Shown here piece by piece: positions 13,571-24,628 of a DNA stretch of 64,000 nucleotides (positions within the stretch are counted from its first letter, which is position 1; the number at the start of each line of letters is the position of its first letter). The translations under genes were made by a program, and so were the position numbers. The DNA lies in contig NIVC01002558.1 in the NCBI GenBank assembly GCA_002269645.1, positions 97,738 through 161,737 of the forward strand. Reading direction: 5' to 3'. The notes under the pieces are model-generated. The model worked only from the letters and a program-made list of their open reading frames with translations, searched no databases and had not been told where the DNA came from. The stretch is from Macrostomum lignano (lineage: Eukaryota).

Positions 13571-14062
13571 CAAATCAACCAATCAATCAATAAATCCATC
13601 AGTCAACAAATCAACAAATCCATCAATCAATCAATCAATCAGTCAACAAATCAACAAATCCATCAATCAATCAATCAATTAGTCAACAAATCAACAAATC
13701 CATCAATCAATCAACTCAACACCCTGCAGAGCGTGCTGAAGGCGATCTCGCCGGTGTGGCAGCACGCGGCCATCGACTCGGGCGACAGCAGGACCCGGGC
13801 CTCCTGGCGGCACTGGCTTAGCCTGGGTCCCACAAACGTGTTCCCCCTGCGGCAGCTCTGCCCGGCCAAGCTGCCAGTCACCGACCTGACTGGCCAGCAG
13901 TCGGTCGACGGCGAAGGCGACGAGTTGCAGTCACGCCGGCGACGTCAGGATCAGCAGCACGAGAACGGCGGCTACATCGGCAGCGAGGCCTCGGCTGCCA
14001 GAGGCGGCAGATATCAGGCCGACGTTCTTGACGGAGGCGCGATCGAGATCCACTATAAATAA
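2028..14062 (+). CDS. SLC6A3: SLC6 Na+/Cl- dependent monoamine transporter, dopamine/norepinephrine transporter-like (10 exons, ~668 aa)
   Basis: Exons 2028-2160, 3030-3390, 6464-6734, 7160-7388, 8473-8585, 9453-9596, 10469-10568, 12090-12190, 12677-12898, 13730-14062; all GT-AG and phase-consistent (2007 nt). TM1 [17 protein letters not shown] matches [23 protein letters not shown] including the monoamine Asp; also [55 protein letters not shown] further upstream exon cannot be excluded; DAT versus NET/OAT not resolved. Confidence 0.92.
2185..2930 (+). repeat. G-rich 15-bp minisatellite (CAGGGGAATGGGTAA) in SLC6 intron 1
   Basis: Tandem array starting ~25 nt after the donor at 2161. Confidence 0.97.
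3405..4060 (+). repeat. 20-bp minisatellite (CTGACACACTCAGATCCRAW) in SLC6 intron 2
   Basis: Tandem array starting ~15 nt after the donor at 3391. Confidence 0.96.
4620..5105 (+). repeat. 20-bp minisatellite (GAGACAGGAGAGTGCCAGAA) in SLC6 intron 2
   Basis: Tandem array. Confidence 0.96.
5825..6320 (+). repeat. 21-23-bp minisatellite (GGGGAATTAGTGACAGGTAGA), copy 1, SLC6 intron 2
   Basis: Tandem array; same unit as 8625-9080. Confidence 0.93.
6890..7135 (+). repeat. Degenerate AAATCCCATATCCC-type repeat in SLC6 intron 3
   Basis: Imperfect repeats; related reverse-complement motifs at ~9280-9330. Confidence 0.6.
7660..8345 (+). repeat. 30-bp minisatellite (TAAAGTATTCAGTGTACTTTTAGTGATCAG) in SLC6 intron 4
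   Basis: Tandem array. Confidence 0.97.
8625..9080 (+). repeat. 21-bp minisatellite (GGGGAATTAGTGACAGGTAGA), copy 2, SLC6 intron 5
   Basis: Tandem array. Confidence 0.95.
9750..10130 (+). repeat. (GAGAG/AGAGGAG)n purine microsatellite in SLC6 intron 6
   Basis: Pure purine tract ~380 nt. Confidence 0.97.
10760..11740 (+). repeat. 23-bp minisatellite (TGAATAGCTATCAAAATGGCRCT), ~40 copies, SLC6 intron 7
   Basis: Tandem array. Confidence 0.97.
12558..12646. mobile_element. Small hAT-like MITE relic in SLC6 intron 8
   Basis: Imperfect TIRs TGGCGGATCC / GAATCCGCCACTG with imperfect flanks AAGCTTTA/AAGCTGAA; a similar decayed element at ~45935-46122. Confidence 0.4.
13020..13720 (+). repeat. (AATC)n-derived microsatellite in SLC6 intron 9
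   Basis: Runs right up to the acceptor at 13729. Confidence 0.96.
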
Positions 14063-15164
14063 ATATGTGACGATTCACGCGCTGCGCATTACTGCTGGCT
14101 ATTATGTGAGGACTAGTAGCGTAGTGAGAATAGTAAGCCTATTTTACACGACGAAAATCTCTTTTTTTCCGGAATAGAGATTTTGGCGCAAATTTAAATT
14201 TGAATCAATTTGAACAGAAAATAAAGTTTGCGTACACTGTACAATCACCATTGCCTAACGTTAACCTCAACACGCACCATTGCACATGTTAAATTGGTAC
14301 TGTTTATTACAATTTTTATCAACATTTTCCTAATTATTTCTTTCTCGAATTTATAAATTAACAAAAAACACACCTTATTATAGCAGTGTAAGCGTTTTAC
14401 TTTATAAAAAAACAATATACTAGAGCCGCCGCAAATATCTACAAATATAAAAAAACTGTTATAAGAGCGCACGCAATTGTGTATTTGTTTCATTTTAAAT
14501 CAAAGAATTGCTATTATATTGACAGTTGCAAGATACAAGTGGGTAAAGACACAAGCTCGAAATAGAGTTCATCCGCTTACGTATATGCATGCAAAAAAAT
14601 AAATGTCAATTTTTTCTAAGCTGCATAAATTAATAGAAATAAATAGAAGTGTCTCCGACAGGTGACTAAAAATAATTGATATTGCGATATAAACGATTGT
14701 ATAGAGAGATATTAGATTCAGCTGATACAACTGTATAAGGTCACTCCGGTAGGATAATAAATCACTGTTATTAACAGCCTGTATTGCCTGCGCAGAAATA
14801 TTAACAAAAACAATAAAACAATATTAAGCAGAATTCCATAATTACTAGAACACGAGAAGCAAGCGAGAGAAGGTCCCAAATAATCTAAAGAAGATAAGGA
14901 CTTAAGCGGAATTGCAAGAGTATAAATTATAGGCTACAGAAATAGACTAAGTTGTGAGGAAGGAGGAGATAAAATATAGACCGGACATTATGCAACAGTT
15001 TATCGGGCAAAATCGATATTTGCATAGGTTTTATTTGCATATTAGTTAAGACTAAACGTGTTAATGTTTATTGTGTGTTCAAACAATTTCAAGGGAAATA
15101 TAATTATCTTTCGTTTCATTAAAGACAAAATTAATTTCGCCTTTGCCGAGGAGTTGGGTAGCTG

Positions 15165-16130
15165 GGGATCAGATAGGATCAAGACTGCAATCGGGGATTA
15201 GATGGGATCAAGACTGCAATCGGGGATTAGATGGGATCAAGACTGCAATCGGGGATTAGATGGGATCAAGACTGCAATCAGGGATTAGATGGGATCAAGA
15301 CTGCAATCAGGGATTAGATGGGATCAAGACTGCAATCAGGGATTAGATGGGATCAAGACTGCAATCAGGGATTAGATGGGATCAAGACTGCAATCGGGGA
15401 TTAGATGGGATCAAGACTGCAATCAGGGATTAGGTGGGATCAAGACTGCAATCAGGGATTAGGTGGGATCAAGACTGCAATCAGGGATTAGATGGGATCA
15501 AGACTGCAATCGGGGATTAGGTGGGATCAAGACTGCAATCAGGGATTAGATGGGATCAAGACTGCAATCGGGGATTAGATGGGATCAAGACTGCAATCAG
15601 GGATTAGGTGGGATCAAGACTGCAATCAGGGATTAGATGGGATCAAGACTCCCAGTAGGATTAGATGGGATCAAGACTCCCAGTAGGATTCGATGGGATC
15701 AAGACTCCCAGTAGGATTCGATGGGATCAAGACTCCCAGTAGGATTAGATGGGATCAAGACTCCCAGTAGGATTAGATGGGATCAAGACTGCCAGTAGGA
15801 TTAGATGGGATCAAGACTGCCAGTAGGATTAGATGGGATCAAGACTGCAATCAGGGATTAGGTGGGATCAAGACTCCCAGTAGGATTAGATGGGATCAAG
15901 ACTGCAATCAGGGATTAGGTGGGATCAAGACTCCCAGTAGGATTAGATGGGATCAAGACTGCAATCAGGGATTAGGTGGGATCAAGACTCCCAGTAGGAT
16001 TAGATGGGATCAAGACTGCAATCAGGGATTAGGTGGGATCAAGACTCCCAGTAGGATTAGATGGGATCAAGACTGCAATCAGGGATTAGGTGGGATCAAG
16101 ACTCCCAGTAGGATTAGATGGGATTAAGAT
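15165..16130. repeat. 28/29-bp minisatellite with 57-bp higher-order dimer, 3' end of SGPP gene
   Basis: Units GGGGATTAGATGGGATCAAGACTGCAATC (29) and CCAGTAGGATTAGATGGGATCAAGACTC (28). Confidence 0.96.
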
Positions 16131-19100
16131 CGGTGAAGGCGATAATCCGCTCGATGCCGATGCGCCTGAACAGGATGGGGCAGGTGTAAACAACATTAAA
16201 TGACACCAAACTGTAGGTGACAAATTTGTACGGCAGTTCCACCTGCAGCAGCTGCAGATTGGCGGCTTTTTCCTCCGGGTCCAGGCCGTACAGGAGACAC
16301 AGGCATCTGTAGGTCAGCGCCTTCATAGCGCTGCGGGTGGCAATGAGCACAGTGCCGCCCAGGGCCATCCGCATTGCTGTGCTTCCCAAGAACTCGAGGT
16401 CTGGGAACTTCACCGCGTAGGGCGGCGGCGCCGGCGGCCGGTTATAGAATCCCTGCAAGGCCGGGGTGTCAATGAACCTGAAGGAATCTTAATGAACCTG
16501 AAGGAATCTTAATGAACCTGAAGGAATCTGAATGAACCTGAAGGAATCTGAATGAACCTGAAGGAATCTTAATGAACCTGAAGGAATCTGAATGAACCTG
16601 AAGGAATCCTAATGAACCTGAAGGAATCTAAATGAACATGAAGAAATCTTAATGAACCTGAAGGAATCTGAATGAACCTGAAGGAATCTGAATGAACCTG
16701 AAGGTATCTTAATGAACCTGAAGGAATCTTAATGAACCTGAAGGAATCTAATGAACCTGAAGGAATCTTAATGAACCTGAAGGAATCTAATGAACCTGAA
16801 GGAATCCTAATGAACCTGAAGGAATCCTAATGAACCTGAAGGAATCCTAATGAACCTGAAGGAATCTTAATGAACCTGAAGGAATCTTAATGAACCTGAA
16901 AGAATTTAAATGAACCTGAAGAAATCTTAATGAACCTGAAGGAATCTGAATGAGCTGAAGGAATCTGAATGAACCTGAAGGAGTTTTAATGAACCTGAAG
17001 GAACCTAAATGAAGAGGAGCTTCTGAATGAAATTGCAGACCAGCTCACCTGCCGATAGGCCAGCCAGGAGGCCACGGAGACGCCGCACATCACAGCCACA
17101 GTCATGCTAGAGTCGCCCCGAGCCGAATTCCACTGATCCAATTTCGGATAAGAGCAGCAGAGCAGCAGCAACACCAGCGGGATAATCACCGGTGCCCAGG
17201 GATGGGTCAGCTGGAAATTGTCCATCGAGTCGAGCAGCGGCGAAATTCCGGCTAAGAAGGCGACGCCGAACAGCGCGCCACCGGTGACGTCCTGAGTTGT
17301 ATAAAAAGAGATTAGTGAAATATTCTATTGTTGTCTACTCTGAGTAGGCGATTGAAGGCGCTGCCGCTTTTTCTTAAGAACCGGTTTGCGTATCGATAGT
17401 TTAAATATATTCTCAAAAACAGCTAAGCAACCCTTGGTTTTCGCTGGCGCACAGCAGCGCACTTCCCAAATGAAATGGCGCTCTTCCCAAATAAAATGGC
17501 GCCCTTCCCAAATCAAATGGCGCCCTTCCCAAATGAAATGGCGCCCTTCCCAAATGAAATGGCGCTCTTCCCAAATGAAATGGCGCCCTTCCCAAATGAA
17601 ATGGCGCTCTTCCCAAATGTAATGGCGCTCTTCCCAAATGAAATGGCGCTCATCCCAAATGAAATGGCGCCCTTCCCAAATAAAATGGCGCCCTTCCCAA
17701 ATCAAATGGCACCCTTCCCAAATGAAATGGCGCCTTTCTTAAATAAAATGGCGCCTTCCCCAAATGAAATGGCGCCCTTCCCAAATAAAATGGCACCCTT
17801 CCCAAATGACATGGCGCCCTGAATTCTATAAAAGCGCAAATCAGAACAATCCGTCCGTTATAAATGGGAATGCATCGATCAATTTAATTGCATAATTTCG
17901 CTACAATTTTATTCAAGTGCATTTTCATCACGCCTACTATACTACTTAAAGCCGTTCAGTAGTTCACTCCGGATGCCTGACACGACACTAAACAACATAC
18001 ACCAGAGAAAACATACAGACACAACTACTTATAACTTGTAGTTCCATTGATTATAAGGTAGCTTTTATTATTTATTACATTGCGCTTTTAGTTAATTATA
18101 AATTTCGCTCATGAAAAAAAACTTATGAAAAACTTTAACTTCTCATACCGAACTGGCCATGTAATTGAAAAAGTACGCGATGAACTTACCAGAACGCTGT
18201 GCATGCCCAGGTAGATTCTGCTCAGGCAGACCAGGACAGACCACATTGAGCACAGCAGGAACCCCAGCTCTGTTGAGTACTGGGAAAGCAGAATGGAACA
18301 GTGGATAAAAAACTCTTCCATAGAGTGATTAGAGGTGACGCCTAAACCTTCAACTCAGTGACAAATGGCAGAATGTCACTGCATTCATCTCAAACCTTCA
18401 ACTCAGTGACAATGACAGAATGTCACTGCATTCATCTCAGTGACAAATAGCAGAATGTCACTGCATTCATCTCAGTGACAAATGGCAGAATGTCACTGCA
18501 TTCATCTCAGTGACAAATGGCAGAATGTCACTGCATTCATCTCAGTGACAAATGGCAGAGTGTCACTGCATTCATCTCAGTGACAAATGGCAGAATGTCA
18601 CTGCATTCATCTCAGTGACAAATGGCAGAATGTCACTGCATTCATCTCAGTGACAAATGGCAGAATGTCACTGCATTCATCTCAGTGACAAATTGCAGAA
18701 TGTCACTGCATTCATCTCAGTGACAAATGGCAGAATGTCAACTGCATTCATCTCAGTGACAAATGGCAGAATGTCACTGCATTCATCTCAGTGACAAATG
18801 GCAGAATGTCACTGCATTCATCTCAGTGACAAATGGCAGAATGTCACTGCATTCATCTCAGTGACAAATGGCAGAATGTCACTGCATTCATCTCAGTGAC
18901 AAATTGCAGAATGTCACTGCATTCATCTCAGTGACAAATGGCAGAATGTCACTGCATTCATCTCAGTGACAAATGGCAGAATGTCACTGCATTCATCTCA
19001 GTGACAAATGGCAGAATGTCACTGCATTCATCTCAGTGACAAATGGCAGAATGTCACTGCATTCATCTCAGTGACAAATTGCAGAATGTCACTGCATTCA

Positions 19101-21713
19101 TCTCAGTGACAAATGGCAGAATGTCAACTGCATTCATCTCAGTGACAAATGGCAGAATGTCACTGCATTCATCTCAGTGACAAATGGCAGAATGTCACTG
19201 CATTCATCTCAGTGACAAATGGCAGAATGTCACTGCATTCATCTCAGTGACAAATGGCAGAATGTCACTGCATTCATCTCAGTGACAAATTGCAGAATGT
19301 CACTGCATTCATCTCAGTGACAAATGGCAGAATGTCACTGCATTCATCTCAGTGACAAATTGCAGAATGTCACTGCATTCATCTCAGTGACAAATGGCAG
19401 AATGTCACTGCATTCATCTCAGTGACAAATGGCAGAATGTCACTGCATTCATCTCAGTGACAAATGGCAGAATGTCACTGCATTCATCTCAGTGACAAAT
19501 GGCAGAATGTCACTGCATTCATCTCAGTGACAAATGGCAGAATGTCACTGCATTCATCTCAGTGACAAATTGCAGAATGTCACTGCATTCATCTCAGTGA
19601 CAAATGGCAGAATGTCACTGCATTCATCTCAGTGACAAATGGCAGAATGTCACTGCATTCATCTCAGTGACAAATTGCAGAATGTCACTGCATTCATCTC
19701 AGTGACAAATGGCAGAATGTCACTGCATTCATCTCAGTGACAAATAGCAGTACAATTCTGCATCGCAATGTTCTCAAGCATCATAGAGCTGTCAGTTTAT
19801 AACAAAAAATTGCTAAATTTGCCAAAAATCGACCAAATCATTGATATTACTGCCTAAAATGAAGTTCTAGTTCTCTCAGGCGAGCAAACACAATGCCCAG
19901 AGCTTTATTGGCTCACACGGCAAAAAAAAGTTCGCCTTGAGCAAACACTAGCTGTCAAACAAAAAGGCTGTCAATACAGGGGAATACCGCTCAGAACCGT
20001 AAGCTGCATCTGAAACGAAGGTAGCTAATTAGTATAAAAGGTTGGTACTCAATCAGCTTCCCAAAAAATTGAATACACAGATATGCGACGTTGAGATAAT
20101 AATTTTGGTAGCTTTTTCAGAGGCTAAACGTAGATTAGAATCGTATTTGTCTCTCCAATCAGTGCTTGCTGACAAGAGAATTTGCTTAATAAATCACCGC
20201 TGGTCATTGATGAGGACCACATGATTACAGGATGAAGCTACCGCTGAATGGTTTAGCGATAATTAAAAACAAATCTGTGAGACAGGATTTTGCTGCGCCG
20301 AATATTCCATGGCTGAATATAGATTCTCGTTGCAAGGATTTGGGATTACTATGGAATTAGGCTTGTACCATGGATTCCAGATTAGAACACCTGGGATTCT
20401 GAAATAAAATACCTGGGAATATGGAGTAAGACCTGGAATTTTCAAGTAAAACACCTGGATTCTGGATTAAAACACCTGGGATTCTGAACAAAAACACCTG
20501 GGATTCTGAACAAAAACACCTGGGATTAGAAACAAAAACACCTGGGATTAGAAACAAAAACACCTGGGATTCTGAACAAAAACACCTGTGAATCTGAACA
20601 AAAACACCTGGGATTCTGAACAAAAACACCTGGGATTCTGAACAAAAACACCTGAGATTGGAAACAAAAACACCTGGGATTCTGAACAAAAACACCTGTG
20701 AATCTGAACAAAAACACCTGGGATTCTGAACAAAAACACCTGTGAATCTGAACAAAAACACCTGGGATTAGAAACAAAAACACCTGTGAATCTGAACAAA
20801 AACACCTGGGATTCTGAACAAAAACACCTGGGATTCTGAACAAAAACACCTGTGAATCTGAACAAAAACACCTGGGATTCTGAACAAAAACACCTGGGAT
20901 TCTGAACAAAAACACCTGGGATTAGAAACAAAAACACCTGTCACCACTGCAGCCACCCATCACCTCATGCATCACCGCTGCAACCTGATCAAGTGACGAT
21001 GTTCAACTCACCAAGTAGCGATTCCTGGTGAGCAGGAACAGTGAAAACGGCACAACAATCGCTGTAGTCGCGTGAGTAGACGGAAAGCCGTACTCAAGTT
21101 CGTATCGCCTCTCCAGTTTAGCCACAGGCGGACTGGCTGGCCTAGGACTCCTAATGAGGTCCTTGAGAGCCTGGCCGAACCACATTGAGAAGCCCCAGGC
21201 GATGACAACCCGACGACAAACGTAGCCATCAACGTTCCAGAACCAGTAGGGAAAAAATGTACAGTTGAATTCCTCATTGCCAAGCATTGCGCCGAATGTG
21301 AACAGATGATGGAGGAATAGATTCTTAATCTTGTAATCAACGTTATTTCGCATCGAATAGTCCATTAAAGTGTTTTGTACTCGACATTTTACACTATCTG
21401 TCCAAGATTGCGATTTGACGTCCTCGGCTACAGCGCTGTGAATTTTATTCTTTTGCTGTTGCTGCTTGCCGCCAGCTGTGCTGTTCTGTGCTCTGCGCCG
21501 GACCGCAGCTGCAGTTATCGATACGTCCTCGGCCCCGGAGTCCGTCAGATCCGTATCGCAGTTATTATTGGAGTCCTCATCTTCTTCCTCCTCGTCCATA
21601 GAGTTCAATCCGCTGTCCTTGTAGCCAATGTCGATGCCGCAGACATCCTGAAAGCTGGCTACCAGCTTTGGATTATTCAACTGCTCCACCAGGTGCTTGA
21701 TAGATTCCAGCAT
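16114..21713 (-). CDS. SGPP1: Sphingosine-1-phosphate phosphatase (PAP2 family), 4 exons, ~457 aa
   Basis: Exons 21713-21012, 18279-18190, 17291-17049, 16452-16114, all phase 0. Motifs FGQALKDLIRSPRPASPPVAKLERRYELEYGFPSTHA, LVCLSRIYLGMHSVLDV, VELPYKFVTY are SGPP1/2 signatures. Confidence 0.93.
16470..17010. repeat. 19-20-bp minisatellite (AATGAACCTGAAGGAATCTT) filling SGPP intron 3
   Basis: Tandem array. Confidence 0.96.
17465..17820. repeat. 21-bp minisatellite (CCCAAATGAAATGGCGCCCTT) in SGPP intron 2
   Basis: Tandem array. Confidence 0.95.
18345..19750. repeat. 35-bp hairpin-forming minisatellite (TCTCAGTGACAAATGGCAGAATGTCACTGCATTCA), ~40 copies, SGPP intron 1
   Basis: Nearly identical units without spacers; internal palindrome CAGTGACA/TGTCACTG. 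Confidence 0.98.
20380..20940. repeat. 22-23-bp minisatellite (AACAAAAACACCTGGGATTCTG) in SGPP intron 1
   Basis: Tandem array. Confidence 0.96.
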
Positions 21714-22597
21714 CGCTTGTCCTGCAGGCTCGTCAGCTACACGGGAATTCTATTTAAGCCAGCGTCTTATATCCTAGTAGCTTTGCTAACAACGCCCTTT
21801 ACGCTGACGTCTATTGGATCAGCCAATTGCAGGGCGAACGCCCTGCAAAAAATATGCGTCAGCCACTGTTAGCGGGTAACAACTCGGGGTAGGGTTTTTT
21901 GAGGCTGTGAAATTTTTTCAATCATAAAAGTGATGGGGGAAGCTGTAGAGCAGGATAGGATGTGTACTTTTATGTGACAAGTCGGACTATAGTGGACTCA
22001 GAGGGCCCGGGGGGCGACAGTGGATAGGTCTGAGAATTCGGGATAAAGGAAGACAAGGCGAGGTAAAATTGATTGAGATTTCTAAAAATAGCACGCACAG
22101 GTGCCTCCTGTCTGCTCAAAACCAAAGACACGACGGCAGGTCAAGGTAGGCCTCTCTGTGTGACCGCGATCAGTTCATAATTTTCAGTGCAATCGATGTT
22201 AAGAAAAAATAGGGAGGGAAAGAGATTTGAACTAAATGCTATCCTACTGACGGGCATCTGACAGAAGAGCTGCATGCACGGTAGCAGGACTGAGCGCACG
22301 AATCCATGGCGTGTTCCTTTCCAGTACGGGCCAACTTTAGTATTCTGATGAGCTGCCCATGGCGTGACAGAGCAGAGGGGGGAGAGCAGAGCAGGACAAA
22401 TGAGCAAAGCAAATGGTAAGCATAGGGCTGATACAAATCGATCGAACCAGATTAGAGGCTCACTGCTGTCTCAAAATCGATGAGTTCGACCGACCTACAA
22501 GTCTTAATGAGGCTCAAGTTCGTTGCTCGAGTGTGCATTAACCAGACAAACACGATCTAATTATTTCTGTTTTCTCTATTTTCCTAATCTAAATAAG

Positions 22598-22710
22598 GTC
22601 GATACGGCCCAGTAAATTCAACTGCAGGTCAGCGAATTTGCCGAACGCACCGCTACAAAGTTAAGCAGAGTTGATCGCGGTTAGTACGCAGCTGATTAGA
22701 CTGCTTGCGT
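22598..22710 (+). pseudogene. Degenerate 5S rRNA-derived sequence
   Basis: Collinear blocks GTC(GA)TACGGCC, GAACGCACC, AAGTTAAGCAG..GCGGTTAGTAC and AGACTGCTTG resemble the 5S rRNA 5' end, box A and following segments as recalled; box C degenerate. Confidence 0.5.
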
Positions 22711-22856
22711 CGCCTCTCAACTCAAAGCAGCCGCCGTGAGCGAGATGGGCAAATTAATTTGAGCTCTGCAGTTTAACTCCGGCGGTGATCCAGTAGCATA
22801 GCAAAATATGATAGTAAAATATGATTGAAATACTTTTTAACTATTGCACTTTGATT

Positions 22857-23130
22857 GGGGTTGTAGCCTAGTGGTTAGAGCGTCAGACTCACGACTGAAA
22901 GGTCGGGGGTTCGATTCTCGACTCACTCGTAACCATTTGTGTCCTTGAGCATGACACTTAACTCTGCATTGCTTCAGTTTATTGCTTTAAGAGCCCCCGC
23001 CCAGTCCTTGGACTGAACTGAACAGCCGTACGCAGCCTTCAGATACGCCGCGCAATAGCTGCGGCTGAGCTGTTGGTTGCACATCTGCCCATTAGGTCAG
23101 GTGTAATCAATTACGAGCTATTATTATTTT
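22857..23130 (+). mobile_element. tRNA-derived SINE with CORE-like central domain
   Basis: A box TAGCCTAGTGG (22864), B box GGTTCGATTCTC (22908), anticodon-like loop CTCACGA, poor acceptor stem; followed by TGTGTCCTTGAGCATGACACTTAACTCTGCATTGCTTCAGT resembling the MIR/CORE motif; TAT/T-rich tail. Confidence 0.7.
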
Positions 23131-24628
23131 TTAGTACATTAGATTGCAGTTAATCAAGTGAATTTTGATGGTAAAAAAATTCAAAAAGGTTCAATAATTG
23201 ATGCTTTCATATATACAGGTATCAATATGTACACTTTTTGAAAGCCTAAAAGATGGCATAATAATTTAACCTATTAGCAATATAAAACAGTATAAAAAAG
23301 TGCAGATATCTCAGGTAGCTAGCCAGATCAATTTGCGAAACATGAGAGATAGCCAAGAATTTTTTGATAGCTTAGAACTTAGGAATCCATTGAATTACCT
23401 TCCCTTTGATGACATTGGTTAATATTAACATCAAAGCAATTCGGTGCACTGCATTACAGTAATGACCCGGCCAATAGCTAATTAGCAAATTCAACAAAAT
23501 CATAGGAATCTCTAAATAGGCAGCTGAGTTGCTTCCCCTAATAAAGGGTCTAGGGAAAGCCAACCACAACAGGACATACCCTTCCCTGTAGCTGGGTGTG
23601 AATAATATCATCAAAAAATTCTCATAATAGCCTAATTTTCAGTTCCAATATAGTTTACTATATAGCTTTAAATACTGAATTCATCGTTTCAAGTATTAAA
23701 AACAATATAAATATGAACTAGGGAGAAGAACACTTAGGTAAAAATCTATTGCTACATGCTGTATATATAAATGAAGATCATAGTAAAAAGAACTAGTATT
23801 CAAATAAAAATTTAGCAGCTTAGTTCCTATGAGCTATATAGCTTTCTTAGCTTATATACCCTAAATCCTGAATTTGTTGGTCATATAGGCCTATACTTGT
23901 ATAATTTTGACAAGTTATGTCTATCTACACTTATCTTTGCAAAGAAGCAAGTTATTCGACAATTATATTGTATGTCTTACTTAAAAACTGCTTTTAATAT
24001 AATTTATATTATCTCTATCATAGTTTTATCATACAATATTTACTTGAAATTATATGAGAAACAGATCCTAGGCCTAGGGCTAGCAGCTAGGGGTAAAAGA
24101 CCACTAAAGATATGTAGAGATTGGCCTGGCCTATATGATCAGAAATTGTTTTCCATTGTTTCTGATAATATACGTTAGTATAAAGGAAAGGGGAATTATT
24201 ACTTACTACTACTAGGTATGAGCAAAATTCCTGAGAAGTATATAAATTTGTAAAAAACAACAAACAGTTACACATTTTTAAGTATAGTTAAAAAATAAAA
24301 ATAAAAACTACAACAAAAAATAAAAACTAAATATATGGGCTTGATCAAGAGTACAGACATAGCTAATTGACTTTAAAGTTTTATATCAATAATATTCTAT
24401 ACAGTACACTAATATTATAGACGTACACATTGAGTTTTTCCAAATGCCACTAATGATAGTTAGCAAAGTATTGTAATTTTATTGATTGCTGCATTTATAT
24501 TTAAAAAATCTAACATTGCTGTACAATGCAATGCAACATGCGGGTGAGCTTTTGGTTTCAGAATGGAAGCAAACAAGCATGTGGCGCCGCATCTTTTCAT
24601 GGAATATCTTACAAGTAAACGCGATAAA

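Noticed and set aside
18345-19750. CRISPR-like palindromic 35-bp repeats
   Set aside because: No unique spacers, no cas genes, eukaryotic intron context.
843-20956. Many 100-280-aa repetitive ORFs (VTHSP, GMGNR, RQESARR, KSTLNTL, ERGER, FRIPGVF etc.)
   Set aside because: All coincide with tandem arrays inside introns or flanks and are often open in several frames; not genes.
22857-22930. Functional tRNA-Val(CAC)
   Set aside because: Acceptor stem pairs poorly and the sequence runs into a SINE body.
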